A DNA stretch of 64,000 bases from contig CAXXMU010000001.1 in assembly GCA_963667785.2 (NCBI GenBank), forward strand, positions 384,001-448,000, in the 5' to 3' direction. Position 1 is the stretch's first letter, and each line of letters begins with the position of its first letter. The position numbers were made by a program, and so were the translations under genes. The notes beneath the pieces were generated by a model. That model worked only from the letters and a program-made list of their open reading frames with translations. It did not search any database and had not been told where the DNA came from. Positions 10,085 through 21,673 of this stretch are shown piece after piece. The stretch is from Alphaproteobacteria bacterium (lineage in GTDB: Bacteria > Pseudomonadota > Alphaproteobacteria > UBA828).

Positions 10085-11734
10085 ATGATCGACTTCCGGA
10101 CCCACCCGGACGACTATCGCCACTGGCGCCTCGCCACGTGTGGCGCCATAGCCACGCTGGCGCTCGACGTGGACGAGAACGGCGCCATTGCCGGCGACTA
10201 CGCGCTCAAGCTCAACTCGTACGATCTCGGGGTCGACATCGAGCTCAGCGACGCGATCCAGCGGCTGCGCTTCGAGCATCCGGAGGTGCGCGCGGTGGTG
10301 CTGGTCTCGGCGAAGGACCGCGTCTTCTCGGCCGGCGCCAACATCCCGATGCTCGCCGGGGCCTCGCACGTCGACAAGGTCAACTTCTGCAAGTTCACCA
10401 ACGAGACCCGCAACGCCATCGAGGATGCCTCGGCCAATGCGGGGCAGCGCTGGATGACGGTGATCGCCGGCACCGCCGCAGGCGGCGGCTACGAGCTGGC
10501 GCTGGCGACCGACCACATCATCCTGGTCGATGACGGCGCCACGGCCGTGTCGCTCCCCGAGGTGCCGTTGCTCGCGGTCCTGCCGGGCACCGGCGGCCTC
10601 ACCCGGGTCGTCGACAAGCGCCGCGTCCGCCGCGACCGTGCCGACTTCTTCTGCACCACAGGCGAGGGCGTGCGCGGGCGCCGCGCGCTGGAGTGGAAGC
10701 TGGTCGACGAGCTGGTGCCGCGCTCGGGCCTGGACGACGCCGTGGCCAGCCGCGCCGCCGCTCTTGCTGCAGGCTCCGACCGGCCGCCCGTTGCGCGCGG
10801 GATCGCGCTGCCCCGCCTCGAGCGCACGCTGGGCGAAGACGCCATCGCCTACAGCCACGTCCGCGTCACCCTCGACCGGGCGCGGGGCACGGCGACGCTC
10901 ATGGTCTCCGCCCCCGCTGCGCCGCCGCCGGCCGACCCTGCCGCGATCCACGCCGCCGGCGCCGATTTCTGGCCGCTGGCGCTCGCGCGCGAGCTCGACG
11001 ACGCGATCCTGCACCTGCGCTTCAACGAGCCGGGACTCGGCACCTGGGTCCTCGAGACCCAGGGCGCGGCCGACCATGTCGCGGCAGCCGACACCGCGCT
11101 CGCAGCTTTCGCCGACGACTGGCTGGTGCGCGAGATCACCCTCTACCTGAAGCGGACCCTCAAGCGCCTCGACGTGAGCGCGCGCAGCCTCGTCGCGCTG
11201 ATCGAGCCGGGCTCGTGCTTCACCGGCACGCTGCTGGAGCTCGCGCTCGCGGCCGATCGCAGCTTCATGCTGGACGGCACCTTCGAGGACTCGAATCTGC
11301 TGCCGGCCACGGTGCGGCTGACGGCGATGAACGCCGGCCCGCTGACGATGGCGAACGGCCTCTCGCGGCTCGCCAGCCGCTTCCTCGGCGACGATGCGGC
11401 GCTGGCGGCTGCGCACGATGCGCTGGGCGTCGACCTCGACGCCGCGGCGGCCGACGCGCTCGGCCTCGTCACCTTCGTGCCCGACGATATCGACTGGGAG
11501 GACGAGGTGCGCATCGCCATCGAGGCCCGCACGGCGTTCTCGCCCGACGCGCTGAGCGGCATGGAGGCGTCGCTCCGCTTCGCCGGGCCGGAAACGCTCG
11601 AGACCAAGATCTTCGGTCGCCTCTCCGCCTGGCAGAACTGGATCTTCCAGCGCCCCAACACCACGGGCCCAGACGGTGCGCTCAAGCTCTACGGGTCGGG
11701 CGTGCAGCCGACCTTCGACCGCAACCGCGTCTAG
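10085..11734 (+). CDS. boxC: 2,3-epoxybenzoyl-CoA dihydrolase
   Basis: YALKLNSYDLGVDIEL, KVNFCKFTNETRN, IFGRLSAWQNWIFQRPN; adjacent to boxB. Confidence 0.95.
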   Translation: MIDFRTHPDDYRHWRLATCGAIATLALDVDENGAIAGDYALKLNSYDLGVDIELSDAIQRLRFEHPEVRAVVLVSAKDRVFSAGANIPMLAGASHVDKVNFCKFTNETRNAIEDASANAGQRWMTVIAGTAAGGGYELALATDHIILVDDGATAVSLPEVPLLAVLPGTGGLTRVVDKRRVRRDRADFFCTTGEGVRGRRALEWKLVDELVPRSGLDDAVASRAAALAAGSDRPPVARGIALPRLERTLGEDAIAYSHVRVTLDRARGTATLMVSAPAAPPPADPAAIHAAGADFWPLALARELDDAILHLRFNEPGLGTWVLETQGAADHVAAADTALAAFADDWLVREITLYLKRTLKRLDVSARSLVALIEPGSCFTGTLLELALAADRSFMLDGTFEDSNLLPATVRLTAMNAGPLTMANGLSRLASRFLGDDAALAAAHDALGVDLDAAAADALGLVTFVPDDIDWEDEVRIAIEARTAFSPDALSGMEASLRFAGPETLETKIFGRLSAWQNWIFQRPNTTGPDGALKLYGSGVQPTFDRNRV

Positions 11735-11752
11735 CGCCGGGGAACGAGTCCG

Positions 11753-13164
11753 ATGCAGGTCGACTACAACGAACGCATTCCCAACAATGTCGGCCTGGCC
11801 GACGACCGCCGCCTGCTGCGCGCGCTGGAGCGCTGGCAGCCTGCCTATCTCGACTGGTGGCGCGAGCTCGGCCCCGTCGGCGCGCACGAGCACGCGGTCT
11901 TTCTGCGGACCGCCATCGGCGTCGACACCGACGGCTGGGCGCACTTCGACTTCGTCAGGATGCCCGACTACCGCTGGGGGATTTTCCTGTCGGAGCCCGC
12001 ACCCGACCGGCGCATCAACTTCGGCATCCACAAGGGCGAGCCGGCCTGGCAGGAGCTGCCCGGCGAGTACCGCGCGGAGCTGCGGCGCCTCATCGTCACC
12101 CAGGGCGATACCGAGCCGGCGTCGGTGGAGCAGCAGCGCGGTCTGGGCCTCACCGCGCCCTCGCTCTACGACCTGCGCAACCTCTACCAGGTCAACGTCG
12201 AGGAAGGCCGGCACCTGTGGGCGATGGTCTACCTGCTGCACGCCTATTTCGGCCGCGACGGGCGCGAGGAGGCGGAGGAGATGCTGGCCCGCCACGCCGG
12301 CGACGCGGACAAGCCGCGCACGCTCGAAGCCTTCAACGAGCCGACCGACGACTGGCTCTCGTTCTTCATGTACACCTTCTTCCAGGATCGCGACGGCAAG
12401 TTCCAGCTCCACGCGCTCTCGGAGTCGGGCTTCGATCCGCTCTCCCGCACCTGCCGCTTCATGCTGACCGAAGAGGCCCACCACATGTTCGTGGGCGAAT
12501 CCGGGGTCATGCGCATCGTGCAGCGCACCTGCGAGAAGATGCGCGAGCACGACACCGACGATGTCGGACGCTTCGGCGCGATCCCGCTGACGCTGCTCCA
12601 GAAGTGGATCAACTTCCACTATTCGATCTGCCTCGACCTGTTCGGCTCCGAGGACTCCACCAATGCCGCCAACTACTACGCCATGGGCCTCAAGGGCCGT
12701 TATCGCGAGACCAGGATCGACGACGACCATGTGCTCGCCGGGAGCACCGTCACGGTGCCTGCGGTGGAGGAGGGGAGGCTGGCGTCGAAGGAGGTGACGG
12801 CGCTGAAGGCGATGAACGAGACGCTGCGCAACTCCTACGTGGACGACAGCCAGCGCGGCATCGACCGCTTCAACAAGGTGATCCGCTCATTCGGCATCGA
12901 CGCCGAGCTGCGCCTGCCGCACCGCGCCTTCCACCGCAATATCGGCGCGTTCGCCGGCATTTGCGCGGCGCCGGACGGCACCCTCATGGGCGAGGCGAGC
13001 TGGAAGCGGAAGCGGGACGAGTGGCTGCCGAACGCCGACGACCACGCCTTCGTCCAGTCCCTGATGATCCCGGTGAGCGAGCCCGGCGCCATGGCGGGCT
13101 GGATCGCTCCGCCGAAGCGCGGCATCCACGGCCAGCCGCTCGATTACCGCTACGTCGAGTTCCA

Positions 13165-13168
<4 letters not shown>
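11753..13168 (+). CDS. boxB: Benzoyl-CoA 2,3-epoxidase di-iron subunit
   Basis: IPNNV, QGDTEPASVEQQ, VNVEEGRHLWAMVYLL, MLTEEAHHMFVG (EExH di-iron motifs). Confidence 0.96.
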
Positions 13169-14748
<1,580 letters not shown>

Positions 14749-14844
14749 GACGATCCTCCGCCATCCTGTGCGCGGGGTGCCCGACGCGAGGCTCGGTCGC
14801 GCGCGCCGGGCCAACGGGTGCGGTCCGGCAGATCGGTCCGACGT

Positions 14845-16377
14845 TCATCGGTCGAGCGCCCTGATGCGGGCGACCAGCCCGGCCGTCGACTGGTCGAGCC
14901 CAGCGTCGGCCCCGTCCTCGCCGCGCATGACCGGGACCAGACGCTGTGCGAGCGCCTTTCCCAGCTCGACACCGAACTGGTCGAAGGAGTTGATGCCCCA
15001 GATGGCCCCCATCGTCACCGTCTTGTGCTCGTAGAGCGCGATCAGCCGGCCGAGCGCGAAGGGGTCGAGCGCGCGGTGCAGGATGGTCGTGGACGGCCGG
15101 TCTCCGGGGAAGGCCAGATGCGGCGCGGGCCTGTCGGTCTCGGCCTGCGCGCGGCCGAAGGCCAGTGCCGCGCCCTGCGCCAGGCAATTGGCGAGCAGGA
15201 GCCGATGGTGCTCCGCGTCGGCGCCGCGCGGTTGGGCGGCGGCGATGAAGTCGACGGGGATCACGTCCGTACCCTGGTGCAGGAGCTGGAAGAACGAGTG
15301 CTGGGCGTCGGTGCCCGGCTCACCCCAGACGACCGGCGCGGTGGCGCAGGCGACGGGCGCGCCGTCCTGCGTGACGCTCTTGCCGTTCGATTCCATCTCG
15401 AGCTGCTGGACATAGGCCGGGAAGCGCTCGAGCCTCTGGTCGTAGGGGATCAGCGCCACTGTCGGCCAGCCCATGGCGTTGCGCCGCCAGATGCCGGCAA
15501 GCGCCAACAGCACCGGCAGGTTCTCTTCGAGGGCCGCCTCGCGGAAGTGCCGGTCCATCGCCGCGGCCCCCGCGAGAAAGGCCCGGAACCGGCTCGCGCC
15601 GATGGCGATGGCGAGAGAGAGCCCGATCGCGCCCCAGAGCGAGTAGCGCCCGCCGACCCAGTCCCAGAAGCCGAAGACCCGCTCCGCAGGCACGCCGAAG
15701 GCGGCGCAGGCCGCGAGATCGGTCGAGACCGCCGCCATGTTGTCTGCTGCGTGATCCCCCAGCCAGGCCCGGGCGGAGCGGGCGTTGGTCATCGATTCGA
15801 GCGTCGTGAAGGTTTTCGACGCGACGATGACTAACGTCGTTGCCGGGTCGAGCCCCCGGAGCGTATCGGCCAGATCCGCCCCGTCCACATTCGAGACGAA
15901 GTGCCCGCGAGGTCCGTCATGGTCGGGTGACAGCGCGCGTGCGGCCATGGCCGGGCCGAGATCGGAACCGCCGATGCCGATGTTGACGACGTCGGTGACG
16001 CTGCCGGCGCGCACATCCTCGGCGAAGGCGAGGACATCGGCGAGCGCTCCCTCGACATCGTCTCCCGGCGGTGCCGCCGCGCCGCCGCGAAGCGCCATGT
16101 GGAGCGCTGCCCGGCCCTCGGTCCGGTTGACCGCCGCGCCTGCGAACATCGCCTCGCGCCGGCCTTCGACATCGCCCGCCCGGGCAAGTGCGAGGAGCGC
16201 ATCGAGCGCCGCAGCGTCGAGCTTCTCCTTCGAGAGGTCGATGCTGAGGTCCTCGAAGGCGAAGGAAAGGCGCTCGAACCGTGCCGGATCGTCGGCGAAC
16301 AGGGTGCGCAGATGAGTGGGGCGCAGGCGTGCGGCCTCGCGGTGAACCCTCTCCCAGGCGGCTTCGAGCGGGGTCAT
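14845..16377 (-). CDS. pgi: Glucose-6-phosphate isomerase
   Basis: IGIGGSDLGP, ASKTFTT, WDWVGGRYS, QQLEMESNGK, FDQFGVELGK; ATG 16377 follows AGGAG. Confidence 0.95.
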   Translation of the reverse strand: MTPLEAAWERVHREAARLRPTHLRTLFADDPARFERLSFAFEDLSIDLSKEKLDAAALDALLALARAGDVEGRREAMFAGAAVNRTEGRAALHMALRGGAAAPPGDDVEGALADVLAFAEDVRAGSVTDVVNIGIGGSDLGPAMAARALSPDHDGPRGHFVSNVDGADLADTLRGLDPATTLVIVASKTFTTLESMTNARSARAWLGDHAADNMAAVSTDLAACAAFGVPAERVFGFWDWVGGRYSLWGAIGLSLAIAIGASRFRAFLAGAAAMDRHFREAALEENLPVLLALAGIWRRNAMGWPTVALIPYDQRLERFPAYVQQLEMESNGKSVTQDGAPVACATAPVVWGEPGTDAQHSFFQLLHQGTDVIPVDFIAAAQPRGADAEHHRLLLANCLAQGAALAFGRAQAETDRPAPHLAFPGDRPSTTILHRALDPFALGRLIALYEHKTVTMGAIWGINSFDQFGVELGKALAQRLVPVMRGEDGADAGLDQSTAGLVARIRALDR

Positions 16378-16567
16378 GATCTCCTGGACGACGAGCGCGG
16401 CACCGGTTACCGCCGGGTCGACAGTGCGGCGGAAGACGGCAGAGAGCGCGCCCGATGCCGCAGGCACTGGCCGAGGGATCGGCCCGCCCGCCGCCGGCTC
16501 AGGCATGGCATGGATGGCCGCCGGGCGCAGGATCCTGTCGCCCAGACTCGCGTGCGCACCTTCGCGC

Positions 16568-16630
16568 TGTCAATCGGCATTCGATACTGACCCCTGAGTG
16601 GAGTGGAGCGGGCCACTTCCACTCAGGGTG
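16568..16630. mobile_element. Probable isolated IS-end remnant (IS21-like) followed by a hairpin
   Basis: TGTCAATCGGCATTCGATACTGACCCC resembles IS21-family termini; followed by TGAGTGGAGTGG...CCACTTCCACTCA inverted repeat; related sequence at 24470-24530. Confidence 0.4.
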
Positions 16631-16752
16631 GGTCTCATCCCCCCAGGTGAGCTGTTCGCGACTGTAGGGCAGCGGCTGCTGCTCCGATATTTACGAAAAA
16701 ACGATTATTTTCATTCAAATCAATACGCACAATTTATCCAAACTTCCCGAAA

Positions 16753-17760
16753 ATGGAAATTGAGAGACGGAGCGAGCAAGAGCTGGTTCGAAGCCCTAGC
16801 CGGATCGAGCCCATGAATGGTGAGCACCCGAACGAGTCCATGCATCATCGCGGAACGTATCGGATTCCGCCCATGAGCACTCTGATCGCCTTCGAGAGTG
16901 CCGGGCGCCACGGCAGTTTCACGCGGGCGGCGATCGAACTCGACACGGCGCAGACGGCAATCAGTCGCCGCTTGGCACGTCTGGAAAAGCAGCTCGGCGC
17001 GCGGCTGTTCGAGCGCTCCAGAACCGGTGTTCGCCTGACAGAAGCCGGACGGCGATTTCGCGAAGCCGTACTCGTGGGTCTTGGAGCCCTTCGTTCGGGG
17101 GCGTCGGACATCGCAACCCTCTCGGACGACGGGCACACGGAGGTGACCGTCGCCTGTCCCGACGAGGTATCGCACCTGTTCCTGATGCCGCGCTATCAGG
17201 CGCTCAGGGAGGCGCTGGGCGAGCATGTTCGCATCCGAATCGTCGCTCATTCCGCCGCCAGTCGGGACTTTCCTCCCCTTCCGCCTGCCGACGTGGTCCT
17301 GGCCTGGGACGAGGGCCACTCCACGTCCGAGCACCGCGTCGTCGTCGCGAAAGAGGCGTTGCGGCCCTTCTGCTCAGCCGCCTATGCCGCCCAGCACGCG
17401 GAAACCCTGAACGGGCCGGTCGCGGGCTGGGGCGGCCTGAACTTTCTCTCCTTTGCGCGTCCCGGGGAGGGCAAGGCGTCGTGGAAGCGATGGTTCGCGG
17501 TGGCCGGCCGCCCCGGCGCCGGGCTGCGCTACGAGGACTTCGACCTGTATCTCTACGCGCTGGAGGCGGCCGTTGCCGGCCGCGGCCTCGTGCTGGGCTG
17601 GCGTCACCTGATCGAGCGGTACGTCGAGACCGGAGCTCTGGTGGCGCTGGGCGACGGCTTCGTCGAAACCCGCAGGTGCTTCACGGCGGCTCTTACGCCC
17701 ACGGGACGGCAAGAGCCGTTGGCACGTGCGTGCCTCGCCTTCTTCGACGGGAAGGGTTAG
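16753..17760 (+). CDS. LysR-family transcriptional regulator (GcvA-like); true start may be 16813 or 16840
   Basis: IPPMSTLIAFESAGRHGSFTRAAIELDTAQTAISRRLARLEKQLG HTH; EAAVAGRGLVLG. Confidence 0.9.
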   Translation: MEIERRSEQELVRSPSRIEPMNGEHPNESMHHRGTYRIPPMSTLIAFESAGRHGSFTRAAIELDTAQTAISRRLARLEKQLGARLFERSRTGVRLTEAGRRFREAVLVGLGALRSGASDIATLSDDGHTEVTVACPDEVSHLFLMPRYQALREALGEHVRIRIVAHSAASRDFPPLPPADVVLAWDEGHSTSEHRVVVAKEALRPFCSAAYAAQHAETLNGPVAGWGGLNFLSFARPGEGKASWKRWFAVAGRPGAGLRYEDFDLYLYALEAAVAGRGLVLGWRHLIERYVETGALVALGDGFVETRRCFTAALTPTGRQEPLARACLAFFDGKG

Positions 17761-17949
17761 CGCCGCGTCAGCACCGTCGTCGGTTGCGGTTGACCGGGGA
17801 AGTCCAATCCCCTGGATTCCCCCCGGTCAATCACCTGCCGTGCCGATTGGCGTCCAACCCACGAGCCGGACGACGAATCCGATCCGGAAACGTGCCGCTC
17901 CCCGGTCACGAGAGCGCCGGCAGGGTCTCCGAGGCACAGAACGACCGCG

Positions 17950-18288
17950 TCAGCGCTCCAGTGCCGCCAGCGCGTCGGCCCTGGTCGGATGGATCGTGAT
18001 GATCTTGTCGAAGCCGCTCCTCTTGAACGCGGTGCGGACAACGTCGGGAAGGGAGCACAGCGCGAACGCGACGTCGCGGCTCCGGAGGTCCTTCGCGGTC
18101 ATGAGCACGGCCCGAAGTCCGGAGCTGCTGATGTAGACCAGCCGCTCGAAATCCATGATCACCGCGCGGTCACCGTCTTCGGTGGCGGATCGGACAGTCT
18201 CCATGAACCGCCGGACGTTGGTGCCGTCTATTCGCCCCTGCACGCGCACGGACAGGATGCCGTCCTGCCGATCGGCGCTCACCTCCAT
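17950..18288 (-). CDS. STAS-domain anti-sigma factor antagonist
   Basis: GRIDG...DFERLVYISSSGLRAVL. Confidence 0.92.
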   Translation of the reverse strand: MEVSADRQDGILSVRVQGRIDGTNVRRFMETVRSATEDGDRAVIMDFERLVYISSSGLRAVLMTAKDLRSRDVAFALCSLPDVVRTAFKRSGFDKIITIHPTRADALAALER

Positions 18289-19194
18289 TGCCGTGACCTC
18301 CGCCGCTGAAGCTGGCCGCGGGCGAGAGGACCGCTACAGCCGACGGGCCGCAGGCGGAAAGGGCCTTCATGCTGGCCTCCTCCAAGAGAAAAGGGACCGC
18401 CCGCCCAAGCAGCACTACAGGACGTCACGAGGATAGGTCGGACGGGCGGCCCAAGGTTCGAAAGAAGCGATGAGGAACCGGGACTTGAGAAGGTGTCGCC
18501 CGCCCGCGCGGACGTTCCCGTCGCGAATTCAGGAACGTGGCGGACGACCCCGAAGGGCGGAGGCCGGGACCGGGATCGAGCCGAAGCTCCAAGGGCTCCT
18601 GCCCTTTCTCCGATGCTGTCGCTTCGTTTTTCTGAAGGGCCCGGCTTCCCGGGAGCAGGCCTTCCATGCGGGCAAGGCGTTGGCCGAACGAGCCCGGGTC
18701 CCTGTCGAAACCGTGCATGGTCCGGTACCCGCCCCGCTGTGGCCGCACGAACCGAACGGGACTCGACCGGAAACCGGCGAGCCAGACCCGCACCTGCGCC
18801 GGTGCACGAACGGCGTATCGGGACCGGCGACGTGGACCCACGTCGCTCTTCCTGCCTCTCGAAGCCGCTGGTCTGGCGTTCCCCGAGCCGGTCTCCGACC
18901 GTCGAACCAAAGTCAGCGAACACCGATGCATGGAGAGCTTCCTGCCATTCCTGCTGCGCGCGACGCCTGCGCAGCACGCACTGGCGGAAATTCTTATCGA
19001 ACTATTGATAAATAGTGCGTACCAAGCTCGGCCGGATTGGTGTTTTTTCCGTAAATACCGGAGTATGTCGGCCACGGCGCATTCGCGCCGCCGGCACGGC
19101 CGAAGCCTCGCCGAGCGTGCGTCCGGTGCGCCGCAGCGGTCGACCGGAGGCTGCGGGGGTTGGGGCGCGGACCGGGTCAGCGAAGGAGGAGGCC

Positions 19195-21549
19195 GTGAAC
19201 GAGGCCGGCGAACCGGGGCACGAGGTCGAGGCGCTGCGCGAGCGTATCTCCGCGCTCAGCGCTGCGATCCTGCGCATCAGCGCGAGCCTCGACGTCACCA
19301 CCGTCCTGCAGGAGGCCGTCGACAGCGCCCGCGTGCTGACCGCCGCGCGCTACGGCATCATCACCACCATCGACGAGGCGGGCGAGGTGCGCGAGTTCGT
19401 CACCTCGGGCTTTACCCCCGAGGAGAAGCATCAGTTCGTCGACTGGCCGGACGGGCCGAAGCTGTTCGCGCATTTCCGCGACCTGCCCGGCCCTGTCCGA
19501 CTCACCGACCTCCCCGCCCTGGTCCGCTCCCTCGGCTTCTCCCCGGACCTGATGCGCTCCAGGACCTTCCAGGGCACGCCGATGCGCCACCGGGGTGTCC
19601 ATGTCGGCAACTTCTTCCTCGCCGAGAAGGAGGGAGCGCCGGCGTTCACGGACGAAGACGAGGAGATCCTGCTCCTGTTCGCAAGCCAGGCGGCGACCGC
19701 CATCGTCAACGCCCGAACCCACCGCGACGAGCAGCGGGCACGGGCCGACCTGGAGGCGCTCATCGAGACCTCGCCGTTCGGCGTCGTGGTGTTCGATGCC
19801 CGGAGCGGCCGGCCGGTTTCCGTCAACCGCGAGGCGCGGCGCATCACAGAAGGCCTGCGCACGGCCGGTCGCCCGACGGAGGCGCTGCTGGAGGTGGTCT
19901 CCGTCCGCCGCGCCGACGGCCGCGAGGTGTCGCTCGGCGAGTTCCCCATCGCGGAGCGGCTCAACATCGGCGAGACGGTGCGTGCCGAGGAGATCGTGCT
20001 CTCGGTGCCGGACGGGCGCAGCGTCCGCACGCTGATCAACGCGACTCCGATCCATTCCGCCGATGACGGCATCGCCTCGGTCGTGGTCACCATGCAGGAC
20101 CTGGCGCCGCTCGAGGAGCTGGAGCGGCTGCGCGCGGAGTTCCTCGGCCTGGTAAGCCACGAGCTGCGCGCCCCGCTGGCGTCCATCATGGGCTCGGCCG
20201 CCACGCTTCTGGAAGAGGCGGCGGACCTCGATCCGGCGGAGATGCACGAGTTCCACCGCATCATCCGTGAGCAGGCCGGGCACATGCGCGGCCTCATCGG
20301 CGCCCTGCTCGACGCCGGGCGCATCGAAGCGGGCACGCTCTCGGTCTTGCCGGAGCCCTCGGAGGTTGCCGCGCTGGTGGACCGTGCGCGGAACACCTTC
20401 CTTTCCGGCGGCGGCCGGCACACCCTGCACATCGACCTGCCGCAGGACCTTCCCCGGGTGATGGCCGACCGCCGGCGCATCGTGCAGGTTCTGAACAACC
20501 TTCTGTCCAACGCCGCGAGGCACTCGCCGGAGTCCTCCCCGATCCGGGTCTCGGCCGAGCGCGACGGCGTTCACGTCGCCGTGTCGGTTTCCGACGAGGG
20601 CCGGGGCGTCGCGCCCGAGCAGCTGCCGCACCTCTTCCGCAAGTATGCCGACTCCGGCGGCGGCGAGCGCGCGACCGCAGGAACCGGCCTCGGGCTCGTC
20701 ATCTGCAGGGGTCTGGTGGAGGCTCACGGAGGCCGCATCCGCGCCGAGAGCGGTGGCACCGGCCAGGGTAGCCGCTTCACCTTCACCCTGCCGGTGGTCG
20801 AAGACATGGGTGAGGGCGAAGCCCCCCGTTCCGGCCGCCGCTCCGCCGCTCCGACGTCCGATCGGCGCGAGCCCACCCGCATTCTGGTGGTGGACGACGA
20901 CCCGAAGACACTTCGCTACGTGCGCGACATCCTCAGCGAAGCGGGCTACCCCCCCCTCGTGACGGGCGACCACGCGGACCTCTCCCACATCATCCGGACC
21001 GAGAAGCCATCCCTCGTCCTGCTCGACCTCATGCTGCCCGGCACCGACGGGATCGCGCTGATGGAGAGCGTGCCGGAGCTTGCCGACCTGCCGGTCGTCT
21101 TCATCTCCGGCTACGGACGTGACGAGACCGTCGCGAGGGCGTTGAAGGCGGGCGCCGCCGACTACATCGTCAAGCCGTTCTCACCCACCGAGCTCATCGC
21201 CAGGGTGGAGGCGGCGCTCCGACGCGTCGCACGCCCCGAACCCTTCGCGCTCGGCGAGCTCGCCATCCACTACGAGTCGCACCGGGTCACGGTCGCCGGG
21301 CGCGAGGTTATGCTCACCGCGACGGAGTACGAGCTACTGCGCGTCCTCTCGCTCAACGCGGGACGGGTCGTTACCTACGAGGCGCTGCTGCGCCAGGTCT
21401 GGGGCGGCCGCGAGGCCGGCGACATGGATCTCATCCGCAACTTCATCAAGAAACTCCGGGCGAAGATCGGCGAGGACGCGGCGAACCCGACCTGGATATT
21501 CAACGTTCGCGGGGTCGGCTACCGCATGGCCAAACCGGGCGAGGGGTGA
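19195..21549 (+). CDS. Hybrid GAF-PAS-histidine kinase-receiver-OmpR-type DNA-binding protein
   Basis: GTG after AAGGAGGAGG; GAF (GNFFLAEK..FTDEDE), PAS, H-box SHELRAPL, N-box NLLSNA, G2 GTGLGL, REC (VVDDD, LLDLMLP, KPF), wHTH (LTATEYELL, NVRGVGY). Confidence 0.92.
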   Translation: MNEAGEPGHEVEALRERISALSAAILRISASLDVTTVLQEAVDSARVLTAARYGIITTIDEAGEVREFVTSGFTPEEKHQFVDWPDGPKLFAHFRDLPGPVRLTDLPALVRSLGFSPDLMRSRTFQGTPMRHRGVHVGNFFLAEKEGAPAFTDEDEEILLLFASQAATAIVNARTHRDEQRARADLEALIETSPFGVVVFDARSGRPVSVNREARRITEGLRTAGRPTEALLEVVSVRRADGREVSLGEFPIAERLNIGETVRAEEIVLSVPDGRSVRTLINATPIHSADDGIASVVVTMQDLAPLEELERLRAEFLGLVSHELRAPLASIMGSAATLLEEAADLDPAEMHEFHRIIREQAGHMRGLIGALLDAGRIEAGTLSVLPEPSEVAALVDRARNTFLSGGGRHTLHIDLPQDLPRVMADRRRIVQVLNNLLSNAARHSPESSPIRVSAERDGVHVAVSVSDEGRGVAPEQLPHLFRKYADSGGGERATAGTGLGLVICRGLVEAHGGRIRAESGGTGQGSRFTFTLPVVEDMGEGEAPRSGRRSAAPTSDRREPTRILVVDDDPKTLRYVRDILSEAGYPPLVTGDHADLSHIIRTEKPSLVLLDLMLPGTDGIALMESVPELADLPVVFISGYGRDETVARALKAGAADYIVKPFSPTELIARVEAALRRVARPEPFALGELAIHYESHRVTVAGREVMLTATEYELLRVLSLNAGRVVTYEALLRQVWGGREAGDMDLIRNFIKKLRAKIGEDAANPTWIFNVRGVGYRMAKPGEG

Positions 21550-21673
21550 GGGTATCCCCCGATGCGAATGACGCGAGCGGCATTCGGCCGAATCCCGTCA
21601 GGAACCGTGCGCCCTCTCATTTCCCGGTAGGGCAATACGGAAACGACGGACACCGGCCCGGCGCCGGCCGCCT

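Noticed and set aside
18300-19190. Several overlapping ORFs between the STAS gene and the hybrid kinase
   Set aside because: No recognisable motifs or convincing RBS; treated as intergenic or degraded sequence
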